From: Mayamaea pseudoterrestris
Lineage: Eukaryota
NCBI GenBank assembly: GCA_027923505.1
Contig: BROI01000026.1
Coordinates: 248,001-312,000 of the forward strand
Length of the DNA: 64,000 bases
Reading direction: 5' to 3'
Position numbers and translations under genes: made by a program. The notes below the pieces were generated by a model. It had not been told where the DNA came from, made no database searches, and saw only the letters and a program-made list of their open reading frames with translations. Position 1 is the first letter of the stretch. Each line of letters opens with the position of its first letter. This document shows, piece after piece, positions 41,594 through 52,745 of the stretch.

Positions 41594-43198
41594 TTATTTG
41601 GCTAGCAGCTTTTTGGGATAGTCTGCCTTGTCAAGCCCCTTTAGAGAATATAAACGAGCAGCTCGTTCTTTTAAAGAGCCACCGCACTTGACTCCCATCG
41701 CCGTCAGTGCGCCCTTCAGTTTCTCTAGTCCGAGAGTTTCAAGTTGCTCAGCTGACTCATATTCGTCGAGTTTTAGGGGTTCAATTGCAAAATCAGCACC
41801 CGCGATACTTCCCGGCGCTCGTGAAAGTTCATTGACGTTTGCTTCTGCTTTTAGGATCTCTAACGATGATGCATCTGGATCTATCGTTCCAAAGGACAAA
41901 TTCGAGTCCTTGTCGGGGTTATCGTAAGTTTCCTTCGCAAGCAACGTCCCGACGATGACAGCATCATCGTGTCTATACTGCGTTTGGTCCGACAAAAACC
42001 GGAGCTCAGTAATCTCGCCAGGATTACAGCTGATTGCGGGGTAAATATGAAAGGCACCTCTATTCGCCTTAATCTGGTATGCCACACCAAGATCCTTGCC
42101 ATTCAGCGAAAAAGATACTTCACCAGTATCGCCATCATATAGGCAGCCAACAACATCGCCCGCCTTGAAATCTTCCGAACCATACGGAGTATTCCTTTCT
42201 CCAAACAGCTTGATTCGCCGGCTCGGATCATACGCCCAACTGTACAAGTCGTCTCCCACGCCGTCACCAGTCGAAGAATCTGGCGAAAAGCCTGCCGTGG
42301 CCCAACCAATTTGGCAAATGCCACCAGTTAGTAACCGCGCTTCGTAGTAGAGTATAAATTTACTGCTAGCATCAGTATTTTGTTCAAGTAAAATACCGAC
42401 AGTGCAAAAGTTGGAAGGACTCTGCATGCACCAACATCCATCTTCCAATGCCAAAACGACATCACCCGACAAGGTGATTAATGCCTCTGGTGGAGCAATG
42501 TCTTGCGTCTTTTGGCGCTTGGAAGCTCTTAAACCTTCCTGCAGTGCACTAAGCGTATTCTGCGAGGCCTTCACTGAAAGTTGATCAGCGCGATCCACAT
42601 ACTCGTGCACTTGTCGATCAATCGCCTCTTTTGCCTGCTCCTTTGCAGACTTCTCCGCATCCAATTCTCTTTTCCATGCATGGAACTGCTTGTGCATTTG
42701 TGACTGTTGCTTCTTTTGCGATACCTCCGCCCAGCTAGGTAGTTGCAGATACCAACCCGGCGCACCGACGCTCGATTTCATTAATGCCTTGGCCATATCC
42801 TCCTTTGTGGCAACTCCGGCTTGTATCTTATCATTCCAATCCTTCCATTCTTGATAGGCAACTTGATCGTTTACGTGCTTGAGTCGGCGACCCTGCAGAT
42901 CGCGGCAGGCGCCAAAGTCAGTTGTTGCTTTGGCACCTGCCTGCTTGGCCGCCCCCTTTAGAAGCGTTCCAAAACCTCCCTTGCCACCTCGAATGCAAGA
43001 AACAATGTTAACTGAATAAAATGAGCATGGTGACAATGCTAATGATTGCGATTTGCTAATTGAGAGAGTCAGGAATTGTCGAGGCCAGTGTGTCTCACGA
43101 CAAACTCGGTCGAGGACGGATTCTGTCGTCGGGCATTCAGACGATGAAAATACAAGGGTCCTGCTCTGAAAGCTAACCAAGATATCGTTTCGGCGCAT
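41594..43198 (-). CDS. SDE2: SDE2-like protein (ubiquitin-fold N-terminus, GG-KGG cleavage site) with an internal SPRY domain
   Basis: RGGKGGFGTLLKG, DFGACRDLQGRRLKHVN, C-terminal LGLEKLKGALTAMGVKCGGSLKERAARLY. SPRY: YYEARL, QIGWA, GDGVGDD..SWAYD, GDVVGC, FSLNGKDLGVAY, YPAIS. Confidence 0.85.
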   Translation of the reverse strand: MRRNDILVSFQSRTLVFSSSECPTTESVLDRVCRETHWPRQFLTLSISKSQSLALSPCSFYSVNIVSCIRGGKGGFGTLLKGAAKQAGAKATTDFGACRDLQGRRLKHVNDQVAYQEWKDWNDKIQAGVATKEDMAKALMKSSVGAPGWYLQLPSWAEVSQKKQQSQMHKQFHAWKRELDAEKSAKEQAKEAIDRQVHEYVDRADQLSVKASQNTLSALQEGLRASKRQKTQDIAPPEALITLSGDVVLALEDGCWCMQSPSNFCTVGILLEQNTDASSKFILYYEARLLTGGICQIGWATAGFSPDSSTGDGVGDDLYSWAYDPSRRIKLFGERNTPYGSEDFKAGDVVGCLYDGDTGEVSFSLNGKDLGVAYQIKANRGAFHIYPAISCNPGEITELRFLSDQTQYRHDDAVIVGTLLAKETYDNPDKDSNLSFGTIDPDASSLEILKAEANVNELSRAPGSIAGADFAIEPLKLDEYESAEQLETLGLEKLKGALTAMGVKCGGSLKERAARLYSLKGLDKADYPKKLLAK

Positions 43199-43331
43199 TG
43201 TTTCATATAAAAAGAATATGAAAGGTACGGCAGGCACGCAGGAGTATTGGACGCGTTCAAGTTGTGGTGTGGGGTGCTCGTGTCGATCATCCGAATCATC
43301 CGAATTGATCCATGTCGCAAGGTTAGCCGAT

Positions 43332-43528
43332 GTTTCATACTATAGCCTCGTATGACGTAATTGACACTGGCACTCGTTTCGTATTATAGCCTTGCGACGT
43401 AATTGACACTGGCACTCGTTTCATACTATTGCCTTGTGACGTAATTGACAGTGGCACTCGTTTCATACTATTGCCTTGTGACTTAATTGACACTGGCACT
43501 CGTTTCGTAGTATTGCCTGCTGACGTAC
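43332..43528. repeat. 42-bp minisatellite, about 4.6 copies
   Basis: GTTTC(A/G)TA unit starts at 43332, 43376, 43418, 43460, 43502. Unit GTTTCATACTATTGCCTTGTGACGTAATTGACACTGGCACTC. Confidence 0.92.
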
Positions 43529-43857
43529 TGTATCAGGAATGGTGTACTCGAGTAGTTGAGACCTATTCATCCATTCCATCTCGAATGGTAGTCCAACGCC
43601 ATCATCTTGGTCCCTTGCAACATCAACCATCAGCTAGTCGATATACCATCCCATATTGTGCATCTAGTGTATGAAACGTTCAGGAGTGTCGCTGGTTTTA
43701 ATTTACTTGATGCTTGGAGCTTGTCGATTCGTCGCCTCCTTTCGACCAGCACTTGTTACTTGTTCCATCCGTTCGTCCAACCAAACTTATTAGAGTACCG
43801 GCACACTTACAATCAGCCGCAACGAGTAGCACGGCCAGAATAGTATCAAATAATGAA

Positions 43858-44352
43858 ATGCAAGCTTGCGCCGACCGCTTGAAAAAGGGCTAGCTCGTGG
43901 CCTTTCCAACCGAAACCGTCTACGGACTCGGGTGTCACGCCCTCGACGCTGCGGCGGTTCACTTGGTGTTTTTGGCCAAGGAGCGACCACTGACGGACCC
44001 ATTGATTGTTCATGTCAGTGATCAGAAGCAAGCGTTTGAACTATGGAAGGTTAATGATCAGGAACGAGCTATTTTGATGGCTTTATGCACAGCATTTTGG
44101 CCTGGTCCATTAACGTTGGTTGCTCGCGCAAACACTGACATTGTACCAGATTGTATCATGGCAAATACAGAGTTTGTCCTGCGCTGGGCCGAACGGGTTG
44201 ATGGAGCGGAAATTGTTTTATTTCCCTTCATGAAAGCAGCGACTGATTCTAGCGATGCACTTTTGATGGCAATCAAGGATCGTTTGATGCGGGCTGCTAG
44301 TGGTGTCGTCGTTGATTCGATACAAGATTTGGAAAGTCGAATACACCGGTAG
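43858..44352 (+). pseudogene. SUA5: Sua5/YrdC threonylcarbamoyl-AMP synthase pseudogene
   Basis: MQACADRLKKG*LVAFPTETVYGLG (TAG at 43891-43893), KERPLTDPLIVHV, FWPGPLTLV. Then jumps to a Sua5 C-terminal-like LRWAE...AIKDRLMRAASG without the central R-x-P/APSAN region. Confidence 0.78.
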
Positions 44353-44466
44353 CATCGGCATGTAGACTGAACTGTTTATTTTATACTACTGCCCTGTAGA
44401 TCGTCTCCCCACATGCCATCGATGAGCAATCAGGTGGTAAATAAAGTTTATTGATCACTCCATTTA

Positions 44467-47400
44467 TCAAACCATTTTTATTGAAATGATCCAATCAGCC
44501 ATGGCTGATACGTCGGGTTTTCGAATGACCACGCTGCTGGTATGAGACGCGTATGTGAAATCGAGCGCGCGGCCTCCTTCGAGCTTGATGGATTTCGGAT
44601 GAGCGTCCACGCCCATAACAACGATTCGCTCAATTGTTCTATCGCCAGCAAGCTTGTCCAAGAACTCAGTCCATCCAGAGCCCACTTTTACAGCATTAGA
44701 GATAGTCCCATCGCTTCCATGCATGTCCGCAGTAAAATTTGAATTGCAGTACTCGTATAACTTGATGTAGCCTAAAGTCTCTTCGTCATCCATATGGAGT
44801 GTGCCTTTGGCTTGTTTGGCGGAGTCTAGAGCGACAAACAATGTATAAGGATCAGACTTCATCAGAAGGGTCGACCGACGCAGACGTAGCTTCCTTGGAA
44901 TGATTGAGCCACCGCGCTGGTACACGGGGATCTTGTCGATTGGAGCAGATACGCGGATTACTTCCATAGACGAAGGTTGCAACGACGTTGCCACTTTGAC
45001 TAGAGTCTCCGCGTCGTACCAAAGGTCATCGGTGGGGAAAACAACCTCGCATTCAGTAACTCCTGCAGCGGTAATGGGTTTGACAAGGAGGTCTGAACCA
45101 ATTAGATACTGGTCCTCAATGCCCAAAAAGTGATCCGTCTTTGGGTAATGCATCCACATCATCCGCATGACTGGCATACCAGAACGTTCAGCCTCCCGAA
45201 AAACTGTATACCAGAATGGAAGCAATGCATAGCGCTCCATTGTGGCTCTCCGAAGTCTATGCATTGTCTCATCCCCGAACATCCATGGTTCTCGTCGCTT
45301 TGAATCATGGTGCGCGTGTCCTCGAAAGAATGGTTGATAGGCGCCAGCCTGCATCCAACGCGTCATTAGTTCCGCGTCGGCATCACCAAAAAAGCCTCCG
45401 ACATCTGCTCCTACAAACGAAAGTGCTGCCAAATTTAAACTCAAGAGCATTGGTGTCGCGATCACAAGATGGCCCCAATCGGCAGTGTTATCGCCAGTCC
45501 AGATGGCGCCATAACGTTGAGATCCTGCAAAAAACGAGCGACTCAATACGAATGGACGAACTTCTTCATTAGAATCGCTGCGTTTCATCTGGCCTTCCGC
45601 CGTGGCACGATGGAAAAGCATGCCGTAGAGATTGTGCCATTCGCGGTGCTCGTGTCCTGCCAAGTTTTTCAAATCCTTTTGCATTGTGACTTCTGGGCCA
45701 TTGAACACCGACGGCTCATTCATGTCGTTCCACGTAAACAAAGTGGACGTTGATCCTTGATAACGGTTGTATTTAAATTGCTCGGCCCACCAGCTGCGAA
45801 CTTTTTCAGCAGTAAAGTCGAGATATGACGATGCGCCTGGCCAGCACCACCCGTCGTAGTCTTTGCTTCCGTCCTTGTCTTTAATGTACCTGCAGGTTGC
45901 CAAGAAAGATCAGTGCTTTGTTTGCCACTTGAAAATAAACTCGCAAATAAATACTTACAGCCCCATTTGCGTAGCCTCCTTGTGGATATAGTAATTGTCG
46001 TCGCGTTTAATGTGCGGATCAACAATAGTCACCATTCGCCGACCTTGCGACGCTAGCTTCTCCTGCATAATCATTGGCTCTGGGAAAGTTGCTTTGTCCC
46101 AAGTGAAATAGCGCTTACCGTCAGTGTGTTCAATGTCTAACCACAAGACGTCATATGGATAATCAAGCTCCTCAAACTTGCCGTGGACTTGGTAAACGTC
46201 ATTCTCGTCCTTGTAGTTCCAACGGCACTGATGATATCCCAAGCTAAACATGGGTGGCAGCGGCGTCTTTCCAGTCAATTGAGCATATTGTCGATACAAG
46301 GTTTCCGGATCGGGGCCTGGCAGAAAAAAGACGTCTAGGACTCCACTTTCACTAATCCAGTGCGACGTTGTTCCGGACGCATCTTGCATTATGTCGACGA
46401 AAGTTTCAGAAGGGTTAAAGTAAAACAAACCAGACGTCCCAGTATCAATACTGTGACTGACAAGCAAAGGAATGCTACCGTAAAGCGCCATTGTCTCATC
46501 CAACTCGTATTCAAAAACGTCCAGGTTGTATAGACGATAGGGTTCCTTGTAGTACGCTCCATCACCTCGCGTCGTCTTCAATGTCGCCGATGACGCGTGC
46601 TCAGGGATTCCGTAAACATGCTGCGACTGTGGGAAATGTACATCGGCACCGACACTCATTGGCCCAAAAGGCTTGCTGTCAGTGTGTGCACCAAACTTTT
46701 CCTCCCACACGCCTTCGTCGTTGGCTTCAGAAAGCTTTCTGTGCTCGCCTTGATGCTCTTCATTTTCCCCGGCATGCTTCTCCACCAGATGTTCTTTCTT
46801 TTCCTCTCGCGATCCGTCTTCGTAAATTGCTAATCCATCTTCCCAGTAGCCAACAATCTTCTTGCCATGGTGCTGAGACGCCTCGTCTTCATTGGGCGCT
46901 TCATCAAGTCGCTGCTCCACACCGCCTTGATCCTTATACCTACGGACTTCGAAATGCATCAATTGTTGCGCTCCCAATTCAATAATCGGCTTGATCTGAC
47001 CGCTATCGACGTCGGCTTGTCGAAAGAGCTTGACGACAAAAGGATCCAACTGTATCAAAAGAATCGTTCCAGGCTTCCCTGGTATGTCTCCATACTCCAG
47101 ACCCATGTAATTGCCAAGGTTCTCATCGGACCCGGCAAGCTTGTGCAAAATACTCCGACCATTCTCTTCATCTGGTTTAATCCAAATGGCGTGATTGGCT
47201 GCTTGCGTTCCGCCTTCGACCAAGACAAGCTCATCGTATGTGACGCGCGCCTGCTCATAGGCTGTTCCAGCTTGTCCGTAGATTTCCGTGACTCGCATGC
47301 GCGCCATGCCATCATTTAAAGCCGAGACTGTAAATTGCAGTTCATGGTTACTATTCGACTGGACAAGTCGGCCTGAAAGTGTTGGAGGAGGACCGCGGAC

Positions 47401-47748
47401 ATAAGGATCCACCAAGCCGCCATTCGCACCATTTGTATTCGCGTCTCCAAGCAAGCGTCGCTGCAAAGACTTCCATACGCTGCCACCTGCCTTTTCCGCA
47501 GCTTGATGCTCCTCCTGCAGTCGCCTCTGCTGCTCAGCATGCTGTTCATCGTTCGCATCGTTCGCATGAAAGGTGACTGAATCGGGCAAGAGTCGAATCC
47601 TTGGAGCTGTAGCCTCGCGATGTCGACGACAAAAGGAGGTTTGCTGGCACGTACGAAACTTGCTACGGTCCACCGCCATGGCAGAACATGCTAATGCAAG
47701 CACCAGCACGTAGTACTGATAATGATGGTACAGACGGAGGGCTCCCAT
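44467..47748 (-). CDS. GANAB: Glucosidase II alpha subunit (GH31); 2 exons, intron 45890-45958
   Basis: Signal peptide, then AVDRSKFRTCQQTSFCRR, YGIPEHA, PYRLYNLDVFEY, LGYHQCRWNY, WLDIEH, catalytic WNDMNEPSVF, WTGDN. GTAAGT...CTGCAG intron joins the two track ORFs in frame. Confidence 0.95.
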
Positions 47749-48040
47749 GGTGCCAGTCGATGATCATGGGTGAAGAGGGACGATGAGAGGCGTCGCGGAA
47801 TCTTTTCCGAGTACGCGAAGTACCGTACCGCGAGAAATGGGGGTGGGGAAGTTGAAACCGATGCGACGTTTTTCACACTCGTTTGATGCACCTTTCTTCT
47901 TCTTGATGCCACAGCAACATCTCAAGTATTTGATGGAACTCACACAATTACTCTTGATGCTGATAGTCCTTATTCACAAAGGACAATCAACATTTATATC
48001 TCGACACATCGGATCGCACCGGAAATTGGTGCTTACAGGC

Positions 48041-48949
48041 ATGTCTGTCAGACAAGAATCGCCGTCGGCTGAACGAAACAAATTGCCCATTTGGGACACT
48101 CTCCAATCGAAAGTCCTGCCACAAATGACTATGGACCGACCGCTTCAAGTGCTCGAAGTCGCAGCTGGTGCCGGAGGTGAGTCATAGGGGTGCTGGCTGG
48201 CCATTGTTAACTGTTTTAGCTGATGAGGTCGAGATCACTGGAGAAGGGGAATAAATACACCAACGCTAACACCCATCATTCATACCTGTACGCTGCATGG
48301 CTACTTTGAAACGTCAAGTCCACACTCAATTATTTGCTGAAAAGCTTTTGGAGCTAAAAATTCCTTTTCGATGGACGCCTACAGATCCAGATGCCACGTC
48401 GCTCGCCTCGATTGCCGCGTACGTTCACGACAAAGATAGCGATGAGCGACTGCGAAATTTTGTGGCCGAGCCGATAAAACTCACCTTGAACGAGCATGGC
48501 ATTGCGGAGGAAGAAACGCGAAGCATTCTGGAGGTCTCGACCTATGATGTCATCATTGCAATCAACCTTATTCACATCAGTCCATGGTCGGCAACTCTGG
48601 GATTAATGCGTCTGGCGGGCAAGCACTTGAAGGATGGCGGAAAGCTTTTTCTTTACGGACCGTATCGCATCGACGGAGCATGCGTAGAGTCGAATCTGTG
48701 AGTTTGCGCCACTTGACGGCGTATCGCGCGTATGTTCAAGCCAGCTTTTAACACTCTTCATATCCTGATTGTTCGTCTTCGCTCAGTCGCTTCGAAGATT
48801 GGCTCAAGTCTCTAGATTCATCATTCGGTGTCCGGAACTTGGAAGATGTCATTGATGTTGCTCGGGCGGCTGGTTTAGAGTTTTTGGAACGGATCGAGAT
48901 GCCGGCCAACAATCTCAGTGTTGTGTTCCGAAAGACAGTTCAAAAGTGA
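48041..48949 (+). CDS. DUF938/METTL26-like methyltransferase; exons 48041-48176, 48319-48697, 48787-48949
   Basis: SPSAERNKLPI, VLEVAAGAGVH, WTPTD, INLIHISPW, LFLYGPY, SNLRFEDWL, GVRNLEDV, EMPANNLSVVFRK. Two GTGAGT...AG introns keep the frame. Confidence 0.9.
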
Positions 48950-49714
48950 CGATGTGCGATGCGCGTACCGTTCATACGACTACATGTCGACGCAAAGCTC
49001 AAACAACGGGGCCGTGAACGAAAGAGACATCGTAGAGCAACTCATCGGTATGGTACGTGTAGATTGAGAGTATAATGCATAACCAAACTTCGTCTCCGTT
49101 TCTTGCACACGTCATTTGTAACGTAGCTACTTGACAATTATCGCGGGCCTTGAGCTGTATGTACAAATCATAACCATCCTTAATTTTGTTTACCCAATTG
49201 CAAACAGCGCCACACTGTATTGAGCCTTCCTGGCAAAATGTTGTGCTGGTGACTTAGCGACGTAAAACTTGGATCAACAGAATGCTTGTTCGTGTCTCAG
49301 TGTAGTTGCTCGAGCAATTTTATCCTACATGTAAATGAGCATGAAATGTTTGCAAGTTTCGGTAAAGATTCAAACATCTGCTCGGTGAGCGACTCACCAT
49401 TTATTAATCGTCGGTCATTGGTCATTCAATACGTTAAAGTGAGCGCGTTGAGAGGTATTGGCGACGTAGCTTCACATCGCGTGAATGTAATGCGTTCCGG
49501 GCGATGGCTACACGGAGATCACCATAGATGACGCTTATAACTGTTGGTGTCCATGCTGGGAGATGGCGGATAAGCGATTGTTATCGGTGTACAGCGACTT
49601 ATCAAAATGATGCAGCAGCAGAGTCGCTGCCTAGGTGAGCATGTTTGCGAAAAACCATTGTAAGGTGACGCTAGGTACTGTAACTCCACATGCAACGTGC
49701 CTTATAAAGATGAA

Positions 49715-50233
49715 TTATGTATCATTTAAACTTTGGGGTTGCCTGACAAGTAGAATGTGCGAGTCGCTGGAGGACGAGTTAAGTAACAGTGCACACTCCT
49801 CGTGAGAACCAACTTCAGCAGGTGCAGACAGCATCGAGTCCAAGTTCACCCACTTATTGTCTGTACAAGTAGTATCAAAGAGCAGCGCAATCCAATGGCG
49901 ACCTCTCAGAATCCATCCCAAAAACGAGGTGGAAGGGACGTTCCAAAGCACGCCGACACAATCTTTCAAATCACTCGCCCGAAGTTCCTTTCTTTGATCC
50001 CACCACTTTACTTCAAAATTTTGTTGTTGCAATATAATGGTAACTACATTGACATCGTAATTGCCAATTCCTAGCAAACTTTTATGTGGATTCACCCAGG
50101 ACGACTCATCGACAATGGCGTGACAGACTTCGTCAAAGGATTTCTTCGTCAACTCCTGGCGCTGCAACAGATTGTTGACGGCATGGACTGCACACAGCGC
50201 TAAACTTTGTTTTTCGTGGTAGAGTGCTGACAT
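49715..50233 (-). CDS. Josephin-domain deubiquitinase (JOSD1/2-like)
   Basis: YHEKQSLALCAVHAVNNLLQ, NPHKSLLGIGNYDVNV, RHWIAL, NLDS (catalytic C/H/D). Confidence 0.92.
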   Translation of the reverse strand: MSALYHEKQSLALCAVHAVNNLLQRQELTKKSFDEVCHAIVDESSWVNPHKSLLGIGNYDVNVVTIILQQQNFEVKWWDQRKELRASDLKDCVGVLWNVPSTSFLGWILRGRHWIALLFDTTCTDNKWVNLDSMLSAPAEVGSHEECALLLNSSSSDSHILLVRQPQSLNDT

Positions 50234-50489
50234 TTAACCTAGGAGTTGAGAACTAACTGTAAAGCAGAAATGAACAGCACTCGCCTCGTCGAAACTCGCG
50301 AGTGATTTTCATCTTGTCATTACCGGTACGACATTTATGGATGCTTTTTATTCCCGCTTCATATTGTCACGCTTTTGCACCTCGCCTTCACCTTCACCGC
50401 GCCGACCGAATGCTGTATTGACATCTACCCGATAACAACTGATAGGTGCAAGCGTATAGTCCGCTCTTTCGCCGACATGTTATAATATT

Positions 50490-52598
50490 ATGACATCTGT
50501 TCCTGAACCAAGTGCAAATATACAGAGAGATCTTGATGAATGCGTCCGAAGCCGCCGCCAACACATCGAGTGGACGAATCGTGTTTTTAAACTAGCATCA
50601 TCGACTGCCCCATCGAGTACTCGTCATGAATTGATTCTCGTTGAAAATCGCCTCTGCCTCCGACCCTTGCTTCAATCTGAAGTGCAAGTGCTTGTAACAG
50701 TTTGTCAGTGCAAGGCGCGTGACTGGCATGCGATACGACTCTTGCTGTCGACGGAACACGCTCACCTGGATGCAAGCCATGCACTGCGTCAGCTTGTCTC
50801 GCGTTCTAACTTTCAAGGTTCCGTTGTATTAGTCATGCCTGGAGTCTCCATCATGCTTGAGGAGAGAGAAATGAGCAGAAGTAGCAACGAAAGCAGTCCG
50901 TATCTTTGTCTTGAGCCAGGTGTTCACAACAATATTCTCGTGAAAGATTGCATCCTTCATTTGGACGGCAGAATATATGACAACACGCTAGTCGAGCGCA
51001 CTTTTGTCGGCTCAAACGCTGTTCTTATCAAATGCGGAACTGTTTTTTGCGGAACGAAGCGAATGTTTGGTTCACTGGATGTATCCGTTGGCGCTGAAAG
51101 TGGCGGTGGTCGGAAGCTTGCACTCCACGCAGAGTTTACCATGATTCCAGTCTGCGAGCAATTGACCCAGCAAAATCAAAAGTCATTGAATGACGCACAA
51201 TCGGACGAAACACACTTACGTTCAGGAATGAACATTCTTTGCGCCCATTCATTGCTGTGTAATACGCCCACGGTCGATGGCGTCTTTCTTCTCCCAAAAT
51301 CAACCATTGATTCGGCCACGTGCGTTTCAAACGCCGTCCTCTTTGGCGCCGCCAAGATTCATGCCTCGGCCTCGGCTACCAATGTTATATTGCAATGGCA
51401 CGCTAGCATCTCAAACCAATCAACTGTTTCCGACGCAATGATAATGGAACACGCTCACGTAGGTCCACACTCTCTCGTCACTCAGTCAGTACTTGGACCA
51501 GATGTCCACGTTTCGGCAGGAGAAATTCATGCGAGCGTCGTTGGGCCCAACACTAACGCTCACCACCAGTCGCTTTTGATTGGAGTATTGTGGCCAATGG
51601 GGCGAGGCAACGTTGGCTATGGCGCCAATGTTGGATCAAACCATACCGGCAGACTGCCAGACCAAGAAGCTGTCGCTGGTGAAGGCATATTTTGGGGCTT
51701 GTCAACAGCAATTAAGTTTCCAGTCGACTTTTCGGGAGCTCCGTACAGCATCGTTGCGGCTGGTACGCAGCTTGGTCCACAGCGCATCCGCATGCCCTTT
51801 TCCTTGATTGTTGCCGACGAAGTGAATGGCGGCAATAGCATTATTCCTGGCTGGATATTATACAGCAGTCCGTATACGCTCGCGCGGTCCGAAATTAAAT
51901 ACGCAACGCGTCGTAAAGCAATTCATCATAATTACTATACGGGCTGGAAGATCTTTCGACGCGAAGTGATTGAGCAATGTCTTTGGGCGAGGCAATCGTT
52001 GCGGAACGTCGACGCCACAGTATACATTGCCGACAGAGACGTACCAGGTATTGGAACGGCTCGTTTGACCGAAAAGGCACGACTATCGGGTATCAAGGCG
52101 TACGATGAATGCATCTGTCGGTTCGCACTGCAGGGGCTGCTGGAGTTTGTAGAGCAACACATAGAACATGGGAGTAGGTGTTTAGAGTCTATTGTGGCTA
52201 AAGAGTTTGCATCCGCAGCGTCCTTATCGATCAATGATACTACGAGCGTTGAGTGGAATACCTTTCCTTGGCAGGCTTGCCAGTCTAAAGAATGGAGGGT
52301 TCAAAAGTCGGTTATTGTAAATGAGTATCCAAATGCGGGCGGCTGGGTGAAGTGGACGCTCCGCCTTCTGAAACTTTATGCAACACTCGAGAAAAGCTAT
52401 GCCGCGAACGTTTTTGAATGCAAGTATCGGGACGACATCCGGGGCGCCGAAATAATACCCGGCTATGCAAATGGCCATGTTGCTGCCCAAGACGACGCAG
52501 TGATTAAAGCCACTCGTACTTCGGCTCGCGCTATAGAAGCGAAGGTGGCACGTCTATATGAGAAACTTTGTTTTTCAGTTCCCGAGAGCAAGCTTTGA
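50490..52598 (+). CDS. DUF4954-like protein with a left-handed beta-helix-like region
   Basis: 702-aa ORF with hexapeptide-like repeats at about aa 270-360, then HHQSLLIGVLWPMGRGNVGYGANVGSNHTGRLPDQE, GEGIFWG and DDIRGAEIIPGY. Family name is from recollection only. Confidence 0.6.
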   Translation: MTSVPEPSANIQRDLDECVRSRRQHIEWTNRVFKLASSTAPSSTRHELILVENRLCLRPLLQSEVQVLVTVCQCKARDWHAIRLLLSTEHAHLDASHALRQLVSRSNFQGSVVLVMPGVSIMLEEREMSRSSNESSPYLCLEPGVHNNILVKDCILHLDGRIYDNTLVERTFVGSNAVLIKCGTVFCGTKRMFGSLDVSVGAESGGGRKLALHAEFTMIPVCEQLTQQNQKSLNDAQSDETHLRSGMNILCAHSLLCNTPTVDGVFLLPKSTIDSATCVSNAVLFGAAKIHASASATNVILQWHASISNQSTVSDAMIMEHAHVGPHSLVTQSVLGPDVHVSAGEIHASVVGPNTNAHHQSLLIGVLWPMGRGNVGYGANVGSNHTGRLPDQEAVAGEGIFWGLSTAIKFPVDFSGAPYSIVAAGTQLGPQRIRMPFSLIVADEVNGGNSIIPGWILYSSPYTLARSEIKYATRRKAIHHNYYTGWKIFRREVIEQCLWARQSLRNVDATVYIADRDVPGIGTARLTEKARLSGIKAYDECICRFALQGLLEFVEQHIEHGSRCLESIVAKEFASAASLSINDTTSVEWNTFPWQACQSKEWRVQKSVIVNEYPNAGGWVKWTLRLLKLYATLEKSYAANVFECKYRDDIRGAEIIPGYANGHVAAQDDAVIKATRTSARAIEAKVARLYEKLCFSVPESKL

Positions 52599-52745
52599 CG
52601 AGACAGCGCAACTCAATGCGACAGTAGATACAGAGTAATAATCATGATCCGGTAAATCGTTATTATATTCATTATTGCTTCCTACAACATTATCATTCCC
52701 TATCTCCACTCACTTGCTATACTCGTCGCAAGCAAACCGACACTT

